DNA of 64,000 bases from Candidatus Omnitrophota bacterium (GCA_016208765.1 JACQXK010000038.1:14955-78954); one strand, 5' to 3'. Positions 24,001-27,212 are shown, counted from the stretch's first letter. Translations and numbers: made by a program. The notes: generated by a model from the letters alone, not told the origin.

Positions 24001-26769
24001 AGGAATAACCATAGCTCCATAGCGCACTTCTTTAAAACGAAGATAATCTTTGCCCTGCTCGGTAACTAAATCTCCGACTTCAACTTCTTTCTTAACACCT
24101 GTCTGCCCATATTTATAAAAAGTAACGGTAGCCTTCTGGTTCTGCTTGGCAACACCGTTTCTTTTCCACTCACTACCTTGATAAGAATACGGAGTTCCAA
24201 CAGCAAGCTCGGTTAACCTCTGAGTACCGTCATTTGCCGAGACCAAATCCGCAAATACCATTGCACTTGCAGAACAACCGGCAGCAGGAGTTACTTTATC
24301 TTTACCAACGATAACTGCAGGATTCGCGCCTTTAACTGTATACTCAGCGCCATTCCAATTAAATTTTTCTCCTAAAATACGCGAATTAGAAAAATACGGA
24401 TTTAAATTTGCACCTTGGCCGGTAAGGCCCAAAATAATATTCCCAGTTGCCCGCATAGTGTAGCGGTCAAGAGTATGATTATTAAAAACAGACTGCACGC
24501 CATAAGCCGTGCTTGATTCGCTTCCTGTAGCAGGCTTAGGAGTTATCGTCGGCAGTGTTCCGGCGTTAATTCCCACTGCATCCACATAGCCATTTTTATC
24601 AGCGTAATAACCAATAACTCTTCCAACAGTATCCCAATCTTTTTTGTCGGCGACTCCGGAATAAGCAACTCCAGCGCCGCTTAGCGCTTTATCTAAAGCT
24701 ACCTTATTCGGCAAGCCAAACTCATTATGTCCAATATCCCATTTTGCACCAGATAACGGCGAATAAAAAGACTGCCAATAAGTTCTGTCGGCAATAGTCT
24801 GCGCGCCTTGGCCATTAAAACGCAAATCCGTCCGGCCCCCGCTATTTTCCATATTTAAACCCATCACCTGCCATGGCAAAGTGCCTCCGTCCCTAATCGG
24901 CTCAGGAAGAAAGTTTACCACCCTTTTATATTCCGGCACGGAATTTCCTTCGGGCGAATAAAATATAATCTCAGGTAAAATTTCTACTCTTTGTCCTGGC
25001 TTAAAACCAATTTGATTGAATCCCGGATTCCAACCAGCACGATTACAATAAAGAGTAAAGCCCGTGTCTCTACCATATTCATCAAGTACTCCCGAAACTT
25101 TAACCAACCCACTCTCCACAGAAAATCCATCATATTCTGAAAGCCTTACACGCGTCGGCGCAGTTACAGGCACATCACGCGGAGCGCTATCTCTATCTAA
25201 CGCATTTACTCCAGACGGATTCATTACCGCATTAGCCATAGTCCACAATGGAACAATTACCGACATCTTCCCATCTCTACCCTTATCAAAAGACTGCTCA
25301 TTTAAACTCACCCTAAAATCCAGTTCACTTCTCTGCTTGCTGATCCATACGTAACCAGTATCCTTGGCAGACCTGCTGCGGAAAGCGCTCTCAGCATGCG
25401 CCACTTGCCCATTAGCCTTTGTTTCAAAACCTTCAAATTTACCTTCCATAGGAGTGGCAAAAAACTGTCCAGTCTGCCCTTTTGCCGCCGGAACAATAGT
25501 CTTATTATTAAAACGCGCTTCCACTAATCTACTGTTGCTGTCAAAACGCTCCTGAATAGCCACAGGCTTTGCAGCAGCGGTGGTATCGCTAATAAATCCG
25601 TAAGTCGCCCTCCACTCAGCGGTCTTTGCCGGATTTGTAGAAGCCTGCGCAAAACCATAGGTGCTGCGCACGGTGTTTGCCGGCCTCTGATTAGGATCAT
25701 AAAAAGTAACGCTCATAGACATTGGCGAGCTGACTTGGCGGGTAATATTGACATTTGCATTGTTAGACCTGGCATCGTAGGCAACAAAACCTGAATTATA
25801 ATTATTTGTCGCCGGACTGCTATAACCTTGATAAGAATTGCTGAATATCTCATCTCTCTCACGCAGCCAATCTCCGGCCCCTCTTATTTCCTTAGCCTCT
25901 TTTTCAGATAAAATTATATCCGTGCCTTGCGGCTGGGCAATTAAAGCATAGCCGCTAAATTTTTCTGCGAATTTTTCGGTCGGCAGAAATTCTTCTTTAT
26001 GCTCGTCACTATAATAGATCTTATCCGGGGTAATCCGGGTTACTAAAACGAAATGGTCTTTTTTAAAATGCGCAATGAATGGCGCTGCATTTGCTGCATT
26101 AGCCGAATTGGTTGAACTAAAATCTAACTTAACCGGATAAAGCTTGTCCCCAAAAAATTCTGCTGATTTTGAAAGGGCAAATAAAGAATTCTTAATTTCA
26201 GTTGGATTTCCTTCAGGCTTAACAATGTCATTTAAAATATCAAAGGTTAAAGCCATAACCGCCACATCCTGCTCCTGAGCGCTTATTCCTTTGTAAACTA
26301 AATAATCAAATAATGCCTTTGCGCCGCAAGGCTTGCCAATTAACCAATTGTAAATTTCTTCAATGCGGCCCTTAGATAATTTTAATGGCTTGGCTAATTC
26401 AATACTCTGTGTGGGAGAAATCTTAATGCTTGTAACCGGCTTACCTGAAAGGTCAATAAGGACATTTTTAACTGCTGTGGGGACATTCAAATCTTGAGGA
26501 TTCCTGACAATTGAGGCAGGGCCCATATTAACTGAAGGAGCATAAGGTTTGTTCCAGAGTACACGCCAATCATATTCAATGGCGTGGGCAACCTGCTCCG
26601 GTAGAAAAACCGCTACCAGGATAAAAGCAACAACTCTGATCCAGCCTTTGAAATTTGAATGAAATGGTGTTTGTTCGGTTTGGATTGTAGGATTTGTAGA
26701 TTGTTCAGATGAGATTACAGTTTGTGGGACAGGCCTGCGCAATACTATATAAAAAATAATTGAGAGCAT
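1..26769 (-). CDS. Giant multidomain membrane-anchored/secreted protein A, partial (>8,900 codons in window; 3' end beyond window position 1)
   Basis: I translated minus frame 0 by hand at 1-60, 3900-3960, 6361-6480, 9400-9780, 12750-12780, 15018-15060, 17281-17340, 25920-26400 and 26581-26769. All are open and in the same frame. The ORF track shows no stop-delimited minus-strand ORF in this frame, consistent with an ORF running off the window edge. ATG at 26769 is preceded by AAGGGGAGG (SD) 4 nt upstream. N-terminus MLSIIFYIVLRRP...GWIRVVAFILVAVFLPEQVAHA is a signal anchor. Plus-strand ORFs here are antisense shadows. Confidence 0.8.
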   Translation of the reverse strand, partial: MLSIIFYIVLRRPVPQTVISSEQSTNPTIQTEQTPFHSNFKGWIRVVAFILVAVFLPEQVAHAIEYDWRVLWNKPYAPSVNMGPASIVRNPQDLNVPTAVKNVLIDLSGKPVTSIKISPTQSIELAKPLKLSKGRIEEIYNWLIGKPCGAKALFDYLVYKGISAQEQDVAVMALTFDILNDIVKPEGNPTEIKNSLFALSKSAEFFGDKLYPVKLDFSSTNSANAANAAPFIAHFKKDHFVLVTRITPDKIYYSDEHKEEFLPTEKFAEKFSGYALIAQPQGTDIILSEKEAKEIRGAGDWLRERDEIFSNSYQGYSSPATNNYNSGFVAYDARSNNANVNITRQVSSPMSMSVTFYDPNQRPANTVRSTYGFAQASTNPAKTAEWRATYGFISDTTAAAKPVAIQERFDSNSRLVEARFNNKTIVPAAKGQTGQFFATPMEGKFEGFETKANGQVAHAESAFRSRSAKDTGYVWISKQRSELDFRVSLNEQSFDKGRDGKMSVIVPLWTMANAVMNPSGVNALDRDSAPRDVPVTAPTRVRLSEYDGFSVESGLVKVSGVLDEYGRDTGFTLYCNRAGWNPGFNQIGFKPGQRVEILPEIIFYSPEGNSVPEYKRVVNFLPEPIRDGGTLPWQVMGLNMENSGGRTDLRFNGQGAQTIADRTYWQSFYSPLSGAKWDIGHNEFGLPNKVALDKALSGAGVAYSGVADKKDWDTVGRVIGYYADKNGYVDAVGINAGTLPTITPKPATGSESSTAYGVQSVFNNHTLDRYTMRATGNIILGLTGQGANLNPYFSNSRILGEKFNWNGAEYTVKGANPAVIVGKDKVTPAAGCSASAMVFADLVSANDGTQRLTELAVGTPYSYQGSEWKRNGVAKQNQKATVTFYKYGQTGVKKEVEVGDLVTEQGKDYLRFKEVRYGAMVIPEEIKFDEKDSAQNKQADIKTLPITSWSTKEINPKSDTERYHSKGASGGLQRAAIFEVNSANLGTNINFSPMFENTRHAIGSDIREFVSGEQGRTGTIIAAARKDGGSLKGQTFTLNENGFVKDRGFQSGWRGINASGNYYVDLTDRNNVALRHVTLKGVSFWVEDGGKKWLDFKVRSLTMPGGSVQDLVAGVNAAGKPYLQFGGDNELVLAQTPQPELRKDESGNDNNKVSYSHRELTLSKRSGVLRSSGVQIADISVSQLNSASMNLSGDFRNSTLHSTFSGDASLTVQLSRNNDSLAKGGLAFVRAGDKAVFNADGTLETKLGGYWQPLDGKIKGIDTSARFMTEPGKWRAVTGVEGDGTKQVSVTLANGKQAWFGERSQGQETNASPQDKESSATATARHAQTMHLGVDGNLSGVSSNYIAGLSYNFGGSISQDLRNYTVVNQGYKGDKNLVRQFRDKDAVSYAAADGGLTFTGTKGEQVSFDAKGQIKGGHAGYWQPLDGKKYTALFTDVYEKRALGEFAKRVSWDAAGNIKGIDTSARFMTEPGKWRAVTGVEGDGTKQVSVTLANGKQALYAQTTGGQQETGVGEDKVEKPVAANRGLNTLSLGVDGKVSGASSNFLTRLNYNFSGSISQDLRNYEIVSNGFKGNLKYQAILDKDGKVVGSNDLVFDGSSKVSFDSNGQISSGAISQGGAVFKVRDGQLVMPEFEQGAFDPLAALGALGKEQNLDQWLRNFIKANRGRPIPKEEGADRLVMLTLKWLDTNGAKASWQDLDGVLRGLKKTEEDKVAFIKAFILLNTALTKELKDPSTGKVNCVAATTLFYQLAELTGLKGRVTSGIIDGLEEPHVAGLFRNKDGKLIPVDLTHRETTVDSKGRIVDVRELITRPEAYDGLPGNKGTVRIVVYKDGKLLHLTTSEFNAANGKSLSGFHVMQMYYTEMAKRTVDPVTRSAYLAKAEQFGPTNIFPDLACMLVSRYLAAGGVDNKARAIQYANIANKFNIQLGAGLTSIMNIVVKAQAAGDLDKVIVTQDGNQLSISYQEGKTRKKTEVGAPLLTDYMPYGLEVLPGTGLRQVKTPQGEMAYMFNGARVYVKGETEIDGVRYLCLSGAQYSNKLFYVSLANASGTQLSEDVAFASGEKGRWVRSLNRGVFEQYIQIGDTRYTLQPWLQQLGFAYDCYRSADGKMKWLERKTRKEANSGTLLASTEALSVQTRGKVLREMLSNNPRAAENMVALFNTTDSWRGQMAFWRSDSERSRKLLVINPQTGIMEYISFSDIDVSSGEVRVFNNYALRTSYAQAQRVFMGAFAERALKHGYIPIAVVDDAVTTRSAAIYGGAAAAYVAGTVLSATGVGAPTGVSLIMIAGAAAYSIAGAEILKYGLTGETLTWSERVTAGVLGAAPAALGKAAQFARASASVVSGAGVGAGAMDFTEAAVNVVQASRLARVAGVATQIIAASGRTLESGATFAYASYALGNAGSIASSGRPLTFGEGAVSLASGYIPSAVGQLRGVGALGKGMSYLIGAQKASRAAHIGYSLGWAGAGGLINSAVNGWSGRNFLEGAAVGFVARNIAYLSYVSSARLFGLGLNEAEKSATFQWIWKTPLRGNLIYSAGWSAAGAGIYPFFTKEGHTWSNALKGAGLGLVARWGGVALLKPSFATGNIFLKVSEKTNEISKLRLFGNGAVRLLTHPLTVSTALAKYDLAGVKYDLDANGRVVAESVKGGNLDFLGPVLRGVLVNSGRNFIGVFSGQRSYSKTNAVIDQLKMQERKQVTDYLRDVQQNSSFGWMRAAVGAYLYSFADTFAQAASGSYSISAAAHPLDTLHGLISFADHAKQMLIDQTGEVPTATGAEWGMFLGGLIGATKGYKTMATRISESEYFNIPKGLLKGQTYKLIGTDTGLRITNYKFTQRLGAVFVKTHSDAANLVVWNTVFSTFVGNAMSGGQFSLEDVSRQVTAMAYSMDTVAKGAFGLSAVFNSLGLVSGELGKTRAGKFWNSLGEKEAKYNSRRGWAIGTSVGMIVGGYGLYRWGMSNSPKDKPSESWNYVADAGLVLAGIGGLLMMKSLSGVLSSRAFVARKERLPGTTESALERSLLGRTEAKYFGTVANGLEGWKALGHSVAYYAPYISLGVASGIYANYKLTGELFGDGWKTDVIAGAAFGVGLRNVFPILRLAGQAGLLAGNLASGAALFYGTKKMVDGKLEEWAWKLDPQKRKPDFAEATRPYLFEEQKVFMIEEDEYGQKKLDTTKEKVLVERDGKKLEVYPYKYKEAGKLNHWRYALFLGANMLGATKIGLIARETYIKGPLEPQIGFGRGAAKGIRENVINGGEKMWDWVFSSRRKGGVPPGEGHASSAVGGVNAGATTFWKSVSSPQFVIPVATALTGLATYGFSGTKYGENIGKAMMILPALYFVSKVGKFKLSDIHLFGVEHPIISSTLMIGAGYGLEHWGAVEGTFGLKGATIGENGADLGLIVGRIGTGMKWLGTVNLVASVASRIPGLRDSFLDKTSRQVAGLSLAGTKGIAWDFALRGTMINLFTVIAPLQGVVESLSAFTKTYISPAAYGDWEKSLLNFTYGAFWITPEESKQGKGPASRDKYAVLLGAFDKAGSFESKLRVAGRIAERAYFAGLFGSYAEGDNIQDNKKKIGDIKVDSFDQAPKTLSGFFKKVDRTNLIFSATLAGLQPFAESAFGAIKWRNFGYKFQAIGKGVEETLGAGMLLKSSPRESSLGAGKIIGQRLYSMVVTGTVEETVTEQFIQAALNFLPFGAFLSPSKASQLSEILQEILSPNGMAGRVNVFSRGQAIDYLKKKIYNAENAKNVLNKRLTEGSNARGSENRLRNGRPIALTTEMVQTRQAALNDMITQYRAALNNVRGLALFTSTPEEVSAAMRPSLQRKAEILIARGQAAVDERWGVGMWQAAMRGKRGRVNLMPANSIRNEETNAVTPAQVDKETGDFRLDAAMNFNYKVSSGGRLSVTTNVVGEYNVGGGAHELHHSVIDYVQHDTRRIIDNNTRLQYEGFLNQFQNRLGLDNEEFQRVDLGITEWGLNEALVQYYSMVDLLHFLDQDKNLHLAKFCPGSYNIQDLIQRTINQGGNSLLSLSERMLEMENTGEAMDYIIDFVQCTNGNKIKFVTPTAQTNGQQPEEDDDTSSPIIMNLKRKPVYGLPPEVESAKDKKIIASSSVLAALSDSKENASSDVPLSATDKVGIPEAQKVVSAAIEASRGRSPPEQAITVPVVTPVVIPSVTPASAQRATFSSVGRMKSYLAKLFIPLALAVIIFGGVKLSPVTGTLANNVSGATPKAVSRVVQVSRPSNFILNDENQQIERVVKASPAVVKATQFTKQKDNAPLVPLIRSLQEVKDSSLINLLKRAAFFVQPPENNQAVDKKIIVSSAVLTALTGKKEVVLSAPIATPVVTSIVAAYVSPRNIINQSSSAINSNDLRKGLRWTAAGLSLTSVGVLGSMFAIDHAPSIEILSYVQGGLLTTVAGLGTAVRTIDLVSGNNSSKGAWLSQLAITLGTPLDVFFGGAVSQVGNAMQIAGASYSVVKEKGLARWANVIGIGFDAFDIVQGHTLERPAKSGIDSGGVISETVDEMISRDAVGKIKFNPVKFLIPVVVAALISGGVKFGLVTGALADNVKSASPKAVSEVVKVGNPSNLVVRGENNHIVRTIKVDHAVVKAVPVAVDIQKKASASSAIVSSPTAQATRFTLNKRTQSVTYPGRLGLVHQDVVGYLQSAGKAPEQHLTIVDLGIGHSGAPTVFEFARVLSDAGYRNVDLIGVDNTVKHLVSARDRLEREEVPVGIRMDFGINDNFLLFPDVRSFAGRGIRALRDGVDLILTANVLGHYWEPEQQKTAIWAMTQALKPEGALVVAGGNKFEVKLINKFLYSYGIDYYSKAGELLSARRFEKINPLYSSRASELEYKQHFSFRDPAVRRTYFAGEFSSKPVASLAWQTLAQQSRQPVVVDVSASSVLVENEEVKAIASLAQAMVAAKRQGNAAASPVVVENGQRFIELAPEHRTEIAKFAAIKEQLVEARANIGKAMAEGASVDKIRELAGVLDSVSNEVMKWINEAIAKKDADPVLAIIGLSFKTSGDNYGREGGRQFSAFDSYSAAFGLQSYVELFNGSSENEKKEVLEMIFESASDLEGRMSLDLSLFNNNNPKLPLRIVAFTDGYLAREVIDVDAVLDQASSPVQSPAENQLPANLPVAPARVPVPTSIGAVVGGLGTFAEMLGSSPALPLVIKPATEGLVVSSSAIMSTVAGTQLFGQAGGVNVATGISPMSGRGNRQAGRKLGALVGSSAVGAIVGARGAAESRSNETGLPVAANVGAVARTVGKSRGSSSAIIGLRREDDKLPLIGESASSSIHTRNQILVEKYGARGPPADYPLNQTVSSAIPVNYGAVVRIGSSSVSLSSIYQLLKYYLKEIISAFISNEPHFTPSVAGMVDEAIVVYAGRQKASLQGLTSFGACVTTKTTASSGLSSIFVADFSLSGILWTLTCVSFSAAAFYGFIRKNMRFAALSSSIVIFNFAFNFANLNWFFHNWFYNFLDVSVYMGFALGLVELSRYIKENNSELENGLAAKPITQISVIGANIAAAVFFSLLSAQEILTKYESTRNFIHAFYWKNLTYDPYDILAYAAGTLLLVLYNRWTAEPKESMGKRDVGLQGLLRNQKPVRRNRSRSTSSPITNLTKPYSIPSVAGTIVKAIVVYAGRQKASLQGLTSFGACVTTKSASNAVTKILNYSVAVEPQSNLTTYFKLTGGAKCVDLTIQKLILTTWWNSLKTQLSLPRVETTVICGFSLLTTARVMSIAVMAGQIPGKYSQIMTVIWSLNDSSLPAAARSRSTRSTQKGRSNRVAGHVSPVTSHLSPVSGKAASSALNNDLGAVARTEGSSSAVIDLSDTLFKESDGVVELFNVFVDEFEEVVKLARETGAKITKKFLNELFERMFDARFINATKKQRNNLRNQAIEAVTAGHASSALTNNVGAVVVASSSVDEVTRELPVSEESKEMIKVFLSEFTVTLDKFKDALSKYKKNNKKGLTALEQLIIGFSKSIEGGRKRTKTDAQDIFGMLCQTITKISEYDLNAAMFVINGALYRLKKVSEPEKRKEAFAWIESEIGKMEFVLASINAGANFVKAHRDNNELLIDIKGTFLLNLETLRGRNLRKAEEVVREFMKDYIMVITRDQNVDPEQTTFRERGILFIEMFTKRFADNEAFIIDLMKKAVTASSAVGAVVAINTTQASSAVVEMGWSELFRAFFKTLNHFMGNSIGPIVGNIKLMQDPAYASYLASPDVIKSEIIDGCQSMLKFIEEVLSMEQPSVAEIASNLDPDPVLFVESIKNITGAPASVKLTDNTWDEIKKEILLPRLNFLKNQVKYILNFVDTIDGDNEARNTVGTAGETMRYAVAEFENKYRDMVEIPGLVLTSIFSAHMLLKEYSGSYGISGERDIKIVEDSVLFKILLDIGYERSYIHAVLAKRGLKVFFAHERDFGKKESNGDHPIGAVVYRYDENNNNIVVFCFGVINSRRNEYLSPILLLKFLSLILVDWKQEKEIAKYHGTDFNPTVSIVVDPRIGDGAFFKAFNFSKNGNVFSKPFDAIVKSSSPVGALMVTKTGTSSPVGAVVGAIASQEAAKSSSALFNNFGAGKYLSDVANKGLIRAGPVGSLVTICSSSSVRNLVVKTVKIASVATIIILFGLLVNIKGFLPLLPVVLSAASFGLLYASFTARKNIRLNPQTQITPAAALKKAMPAALYVAAGTLLIIGGLKITPLIISAGLLAKLLPSVVIMLGISMLLTASFLTKHGVEYSGVKFLKLAFGMLLTRLIALRLAHQAVHTQKTLGERHSFRDLFSIRHFTLKTRAAYIGLSLAVVLTSGIASVKLIIIAAVLGYTMPYLWNVLRNFFFDRALYNAERTGLIFKHHDNQLEAAQTEFINNLEKKLAAEYANLSWPAKAVLHIAFFFVRLNVAFPVLSATTMFFFGRLQLILLSSLLGHIFAPVILGDAVINSLPAVYGIKFLEPYLSALHLSYHTGDIFGTLAIVFGLKVINLGHIRNRIIEFWLGRSINVMSYYQALNSDKEQVREKAKADLEYIISRGAMGNSLFEKVVMNGLGKKVARISSRQWLYLKADIVALAVILAVVTPIVLMLKFPVLLPLGLLGLGLYVAQSIRKKAFFADPYKNLWVSLSGEFFSSMLYMWTIGAEINAVIASGGFLAEHPVLKHFGGTELDIIGRSLEGENGAISWGSHALNSVNQFVGADLTEFAYSLVSGNKEPGIFATAYNFYPLYQNGQILKNKDGHILPGGLNLDDFHALYVGRKPLSKELDRNETAKLLESFKGRFNFDRIFSHSRRANIIRVIDRVYRVRINSADDLRRLLRSANLDEIISGFGMVGKDSKNLLNIRHAFSVRAVKAQEGISERARRLMLMSVEYKFKALAQADDVQKERFMILARIVDLDLQDEVLRENNSAKEKSEDNQLSRRIALLELEINNEKGAVKLEGLRKQKHALELFLAQRKVYRLERATTEEFMAELSAQGFGGVSGQEAEMFRETALQQAYDELAELKDKKPAVPVTEPANSIDIRDQIRQQEEQGTKAQDRQIVAAPKAPAQVVINKGVKVPGQVPVETTMSRAPPAKQANNTFGQKAKAVVLASALFLNSLGATEAFAAAVPAAVPAPAPVARRPDPVAVPRQAPAAPADIIYTIKSGDTVSKIAIRYGIKWQDLYDYNKGVIGANPNRIFPERQIKIPVSARTAAPAQTAQPQPADQAVKSGPTTGAKASPEPAVTPKPKPAPYKPLDYSGIRDLGSVPQALAALGRRIPRELDLTKKADDLLIPLQTISTDLEALKARVHLLKSPKSWDKKYNGFWDYIKAFRAFEAAKEQVLEQIRGLETTIARKASYIRVEKGEFELKKKTAKYEKYLKISRYDAQRKAFLELMPVSFADDPAEFGKTYLYDFAVLIDALTFAGENKKAAELLRLFTRFFGDGKNGFYNAYILSDLRHIENKSAGPLAHMIIALCNYERTSGDGTYRHVAENIARFMQKNLLTSANGMTMFRFTNNKEDYLDLYNVVSTEHQISSYAAFNQLYALTGDVDYKLVRNSLQDYLTAAYITQEGYFKVGYRIDTNTWDTDYANDLNSWAILAGIAGPAQEQMLDFVEGQVIKVDYRKQGEKIKVEGLPFGRARLDQKQVVTFEWTSFAALAAAKTGRVKLSRRLLDSQNRAAVNGMLEYATEPDVSTYFGWSTSRGRALVSSLWNLLAQSGANIFDPHCSGAKINAGNLDSMLKNFSFSEETYRLKQAEYAVFDMVRSLYGAQSWVKEIQERLAMTEKEREDLINLAPIIKIGPGGLFNSLFSFNFGSFPLFGDDCNLGIGLQLGGKYGAIPSLLNNVYGLSKNGISIIGTLAAADAIIDLYSAPKMEKLEERGGIMYLDGREFNAGILSAAWPKALLNMRYDPKTGRVIKGSEEETVTPVKVDFPWEKVTNVISRLLHLKSPFERKDYKAIVFLGTQQLLAYRQAFFNKNADDVYFAIRQGKYQYIVKHNLSSREYEIISETLMFEEETRKFLQDVGWYMHDGEAIVLPSILRLNYARNYVNSIQEGKFGAEVNPVTGEVYEVRREQDIPPVVYDAKGLPLDPYAGNVKMPSLNLALIRWAMEMGETGKQKFAVLFDGDNVDIRTGDQGLQVKVAGKEFKFKSGRREIVFSAGTRYVEIDGEKVLVIAEKEINVPIAIVYSTSPRIPTQFIYDKKELVNIEIVGEPEEIRFDNGLKIELTTGTALRWYYDEKASPLGAGIIEFAKDQDYLSNEAVVENDFSRLATQPFGVKEGEMLPVLEGDKPFEDAARRDPNAKADHLTRLTNMYWDEVFKLMQMRRELRGFSDIYQAIAADAVTEDRLRFYSDLVDGLEFWRRQIEIEMGGKRTVSLADLDQNLDKTMVDLQKEIDDRNSWRPALLAQIATYQSEVNQYKALRTQAEQAHNQFLVNYYTGIIDQYETILIPDVYKQLSQLEVENNVKM
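3820..3960 (-). other. LysM domain in giant protein A, flanked by Pro/Ala-rich linkers
   Basis: Verified translation APAAPADIIYTIKSGDTVSKIAIRYGIKWQDLYDYNKGVIGANPNRIFPERQIKIP. Canonical LysM pattern YxVkxGDTlxxIAxxYgv...L...N.l....i.pGq.l.iP. Confidence 0.75.
5400..6480 (-). other. Polytopic membrane segment (8 or more predicted hydrophobic helices) embedded in giant protein A
   Basis: Translation of 6361-6480 verified (AAYIGLSLAVVLTSGIASVKLIIIAAVL). The adjacent stretch continues with several about 20-aa hydrophobic runs (approximate read). Confidence 0.4.
9403..9451. repeat. Heptanucleotide array (GGAGACA GGAGACA GGTGACT GGTGACT GGTGACA CGTGACC GGCGACA) inside gene A
   Basis: Seven imperfect 7-nt units. 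Verified to encode ...VAGHVSPVTSHLSPVSGK in frame. Confidence 0.85.
9826..9930. repeat. Internal direct repeat copy 1 in gene A (80-nt perfect identity with 10596-10675)
   Basis: ttagttgtcacgcaggcgccgaaggaggtcagtccttggagggaggccttctggcggcctgcgtaaacaacaatagcct is identical at both sites. It contains an imperfect internal palindrome (gcaggcgccgaagg...ccttctggcggcctgc). In frame; encodes VVYAGRQKASLQGLTSFGACVTTK. Confidence 0.9.
10596..10700. repeat. Internal direct repeat copy 2 in gene A
   Basis: See copy 1 at 9826-9930; 770 nt apart. Confidence 0.9.
12400..12900 (-). other. Class I SAM-dependent methyltransferase-like motif set within giant protein A
   Basis: Verified translation PEQHLTIVDLGIGHSGAPT (motif I hh(D/E)hGxGxG), followed by DLIGVD (post-I acidic), VDLILTANVLGHY (motif II) and KPEGALVVAG (motif III). 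Confidence 0.45.
15031..15045 (-). other. HExxH zinc-metallopeptidase-type motif (GGGAHELHHSVIDY) in giant protein A
   Basis: Verified codon by codon. The motif alone is not proof of a peptidase. Confidence 0.35.
22277..22398. repeat. 122-nt perfect direct repeat copy 1 in gene A (tandem ~200-aa domain repeats)
   Basis: gcctgttttccattagctaaggtcacgcttacctgcttagtgccatctcc...cctttaat is identical at 22877-22998. The surrounding about 600-nt units (21900-23100) are diverged copies of the same unit; copy 2 lacks an about 85-nt segment. Confidence 0.9.
22877..22998. repeat. 122-nt perfect direct repeat copy 2 in gene A
   Basis: See 22277-22398. Confidence 0.9.
25920..26340 (-). other. Peptidase C39-like (papain-fold Cys/His) domain within giant protein A
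   Basis: Hand-translated: IGKPCGAKALFDYLVYKGISAQEQDVAVMALTFDIL...NAAPFIAHFKKDHFVLVTRITPDKIYYSDEHKEEFLPTEKFAEKFSGYALIA. The Cys, His and Asp/Glu spacing and the HFVL...D..E..F..W/F.G motif match the C39 bacteriocin-processing peptidase pattern. Confidence 0.5.
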
Positions 26770-26885
26770 GCGCCTCCCCTTACCCCAAATTTCTTTAATC
26801 ATCGCGTTTATCTTCGCGCTCGTCATAATTTAATTAAAGAGAATTAAAATCTGTTTGTGAAACTGTTTAATAAGCAATTAAATAA

Positions 26886-27070
26886 AAAACCGGATTGTCA
26901 AAACCTTGTCTCGGTTCGGCAACCCGGCCATCCTTTGATAATACTCAATTTATCTTTTAGGACCCGTGGCTTTGCGCCCCCCGATTACTCGTCCCGTTCA
27001 ATAATCTTTCTAACGGGATCCCGCTTTTTTTGCGGGAGGGTTTGCCCTTCTCGTTCCAACCTCTAATTGC
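26886..27070 (-). promoter_or_regulatory. Conserved 5' leader L1 of giant gene A (structured RNA candidate ending in hairpin + U-tract)
   Basis: Homologous to 35088-35296 and partly to 45303-45489. Shared blocks: GCGGGAGGGTTT, CCCGTGGCTTTG(C/T)GCCCC, CGG(C/T)AACCCGGC, a hairpin, then AAAAATAAAA(A)CCG (U-tract on the sense strand). Confidence 0.5.
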
Positions 27071-27076
27071 ATATTA

Positions 27077-27105
27077 AGTATATATGATGCTTACAAGTGT
27101 GTCAA
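27077..27105 (-). promoter_or_regulatory. Sigma70-like promoter of giant gene A (TTGACA, 17 nt spacer, TATACT)
   Basis: Sense strand reads TTGACAcacttgtaagcatcataTATACT. An AT-rich UP-like region lies upstream. Confidence 0.5.
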
Positions 27106-27212
27106 GTATATTTTTAGTACTTTTTGAAAGTGTTTTCTTTCTACTCTTTTCTGCGGTTACCGCCCTATTTGCAAAGGGTTTAGTTGCTGATTAATTTTTG
27201 TTTCCTCTTTGT

